This document shows positions 63,690 to 64,000 of a DNA stretch of 64,000 bases, piece after piece. The DNA comes from the human T2T-CHM13v2.0 reference genome, Homo sapiens. How positions within the stretch are numbered: the first letter of the stretch is position 1; the number at the start of each line of letters is the position of its first letter. The stretch is taken from NCBI RefSeq assembly GCF_009914755.1, contig NC_060926.1, one strand, 5' to 3'. The translations under genes were made by a program, and so were the position numbers. The notes beneath the pieces were generated by a model that ran no database searches, had not been told where the DNA came from, and saw nothing but the letters and a program-made list of their open reading frames with translations.

Positions 63690-63915
63690 AATAACAACTA
63701 CCATGTGTCAGGCACTGAACCCAATGCTTTGCCATTAGTTATTTTATGTTATTGAATCCTCACGATAACTCATGTAGTGGGTCAAATTAGCTTCATTGTG
63801 CAAATGATCAGCTTGAGGCTTAGAGTGGGCTAAGTAACTGCTCTAATGTTACACAGCAAGGATGTGAAGGTGTCAAGGTGAGAAGCCCCAGCTCTTAGAC
63901 CTCTGAGCCTGTGTT
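63690..63915 (-). mobile_element. MIR
   Basis: tgtgtcaggcactg...gaatcctcacgataact...tgaggcttagagtgggctaagtaact. Confidence 0.75.
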
Positions 63916-64000
63916 CTCTCCTCTGTCCTGCTTTTCTGTAACAAAGATGTTGCCATTGTTTAAAAGGCTTCAGAAGCCCTCCTCTGTGATCACTTTTAGA

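Overview
Primate (human-like, AluY present) non-coding genomic DNA, either intergenic or deep intronic. I found no credible protein-coding exon, tRNA, rRNA or CRISPR array; ORFs with recognisable homology are Alu, L1 or Tigger read-throughs. About 31 Alus plus MIR, L2, L1M/L1PA, MaLR/ERVL/ERV1 LTRs and DNA-transposon relics were recognised by eye from remembered consensus sequences, so subfamily calls are provisional. The left half has long repeat-poor blocks, including a CpG-enriched, HOX/PBX/MEIS-motif-rich candidate regulatory element (~17.3-18.4 kb). The right half is repeat-dense and holds a ~10 kb nested ERV1/L1/Alu stack. The most unusual structure is a non-transposon inverted duplication (~37.45-37.97 kb vs ~41.80-42.31 kb, core ~93-94% identical) flanking a ~3.8 kb spacer. 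I cannot name the locus, and I see no evidence for a new multi-gene system.
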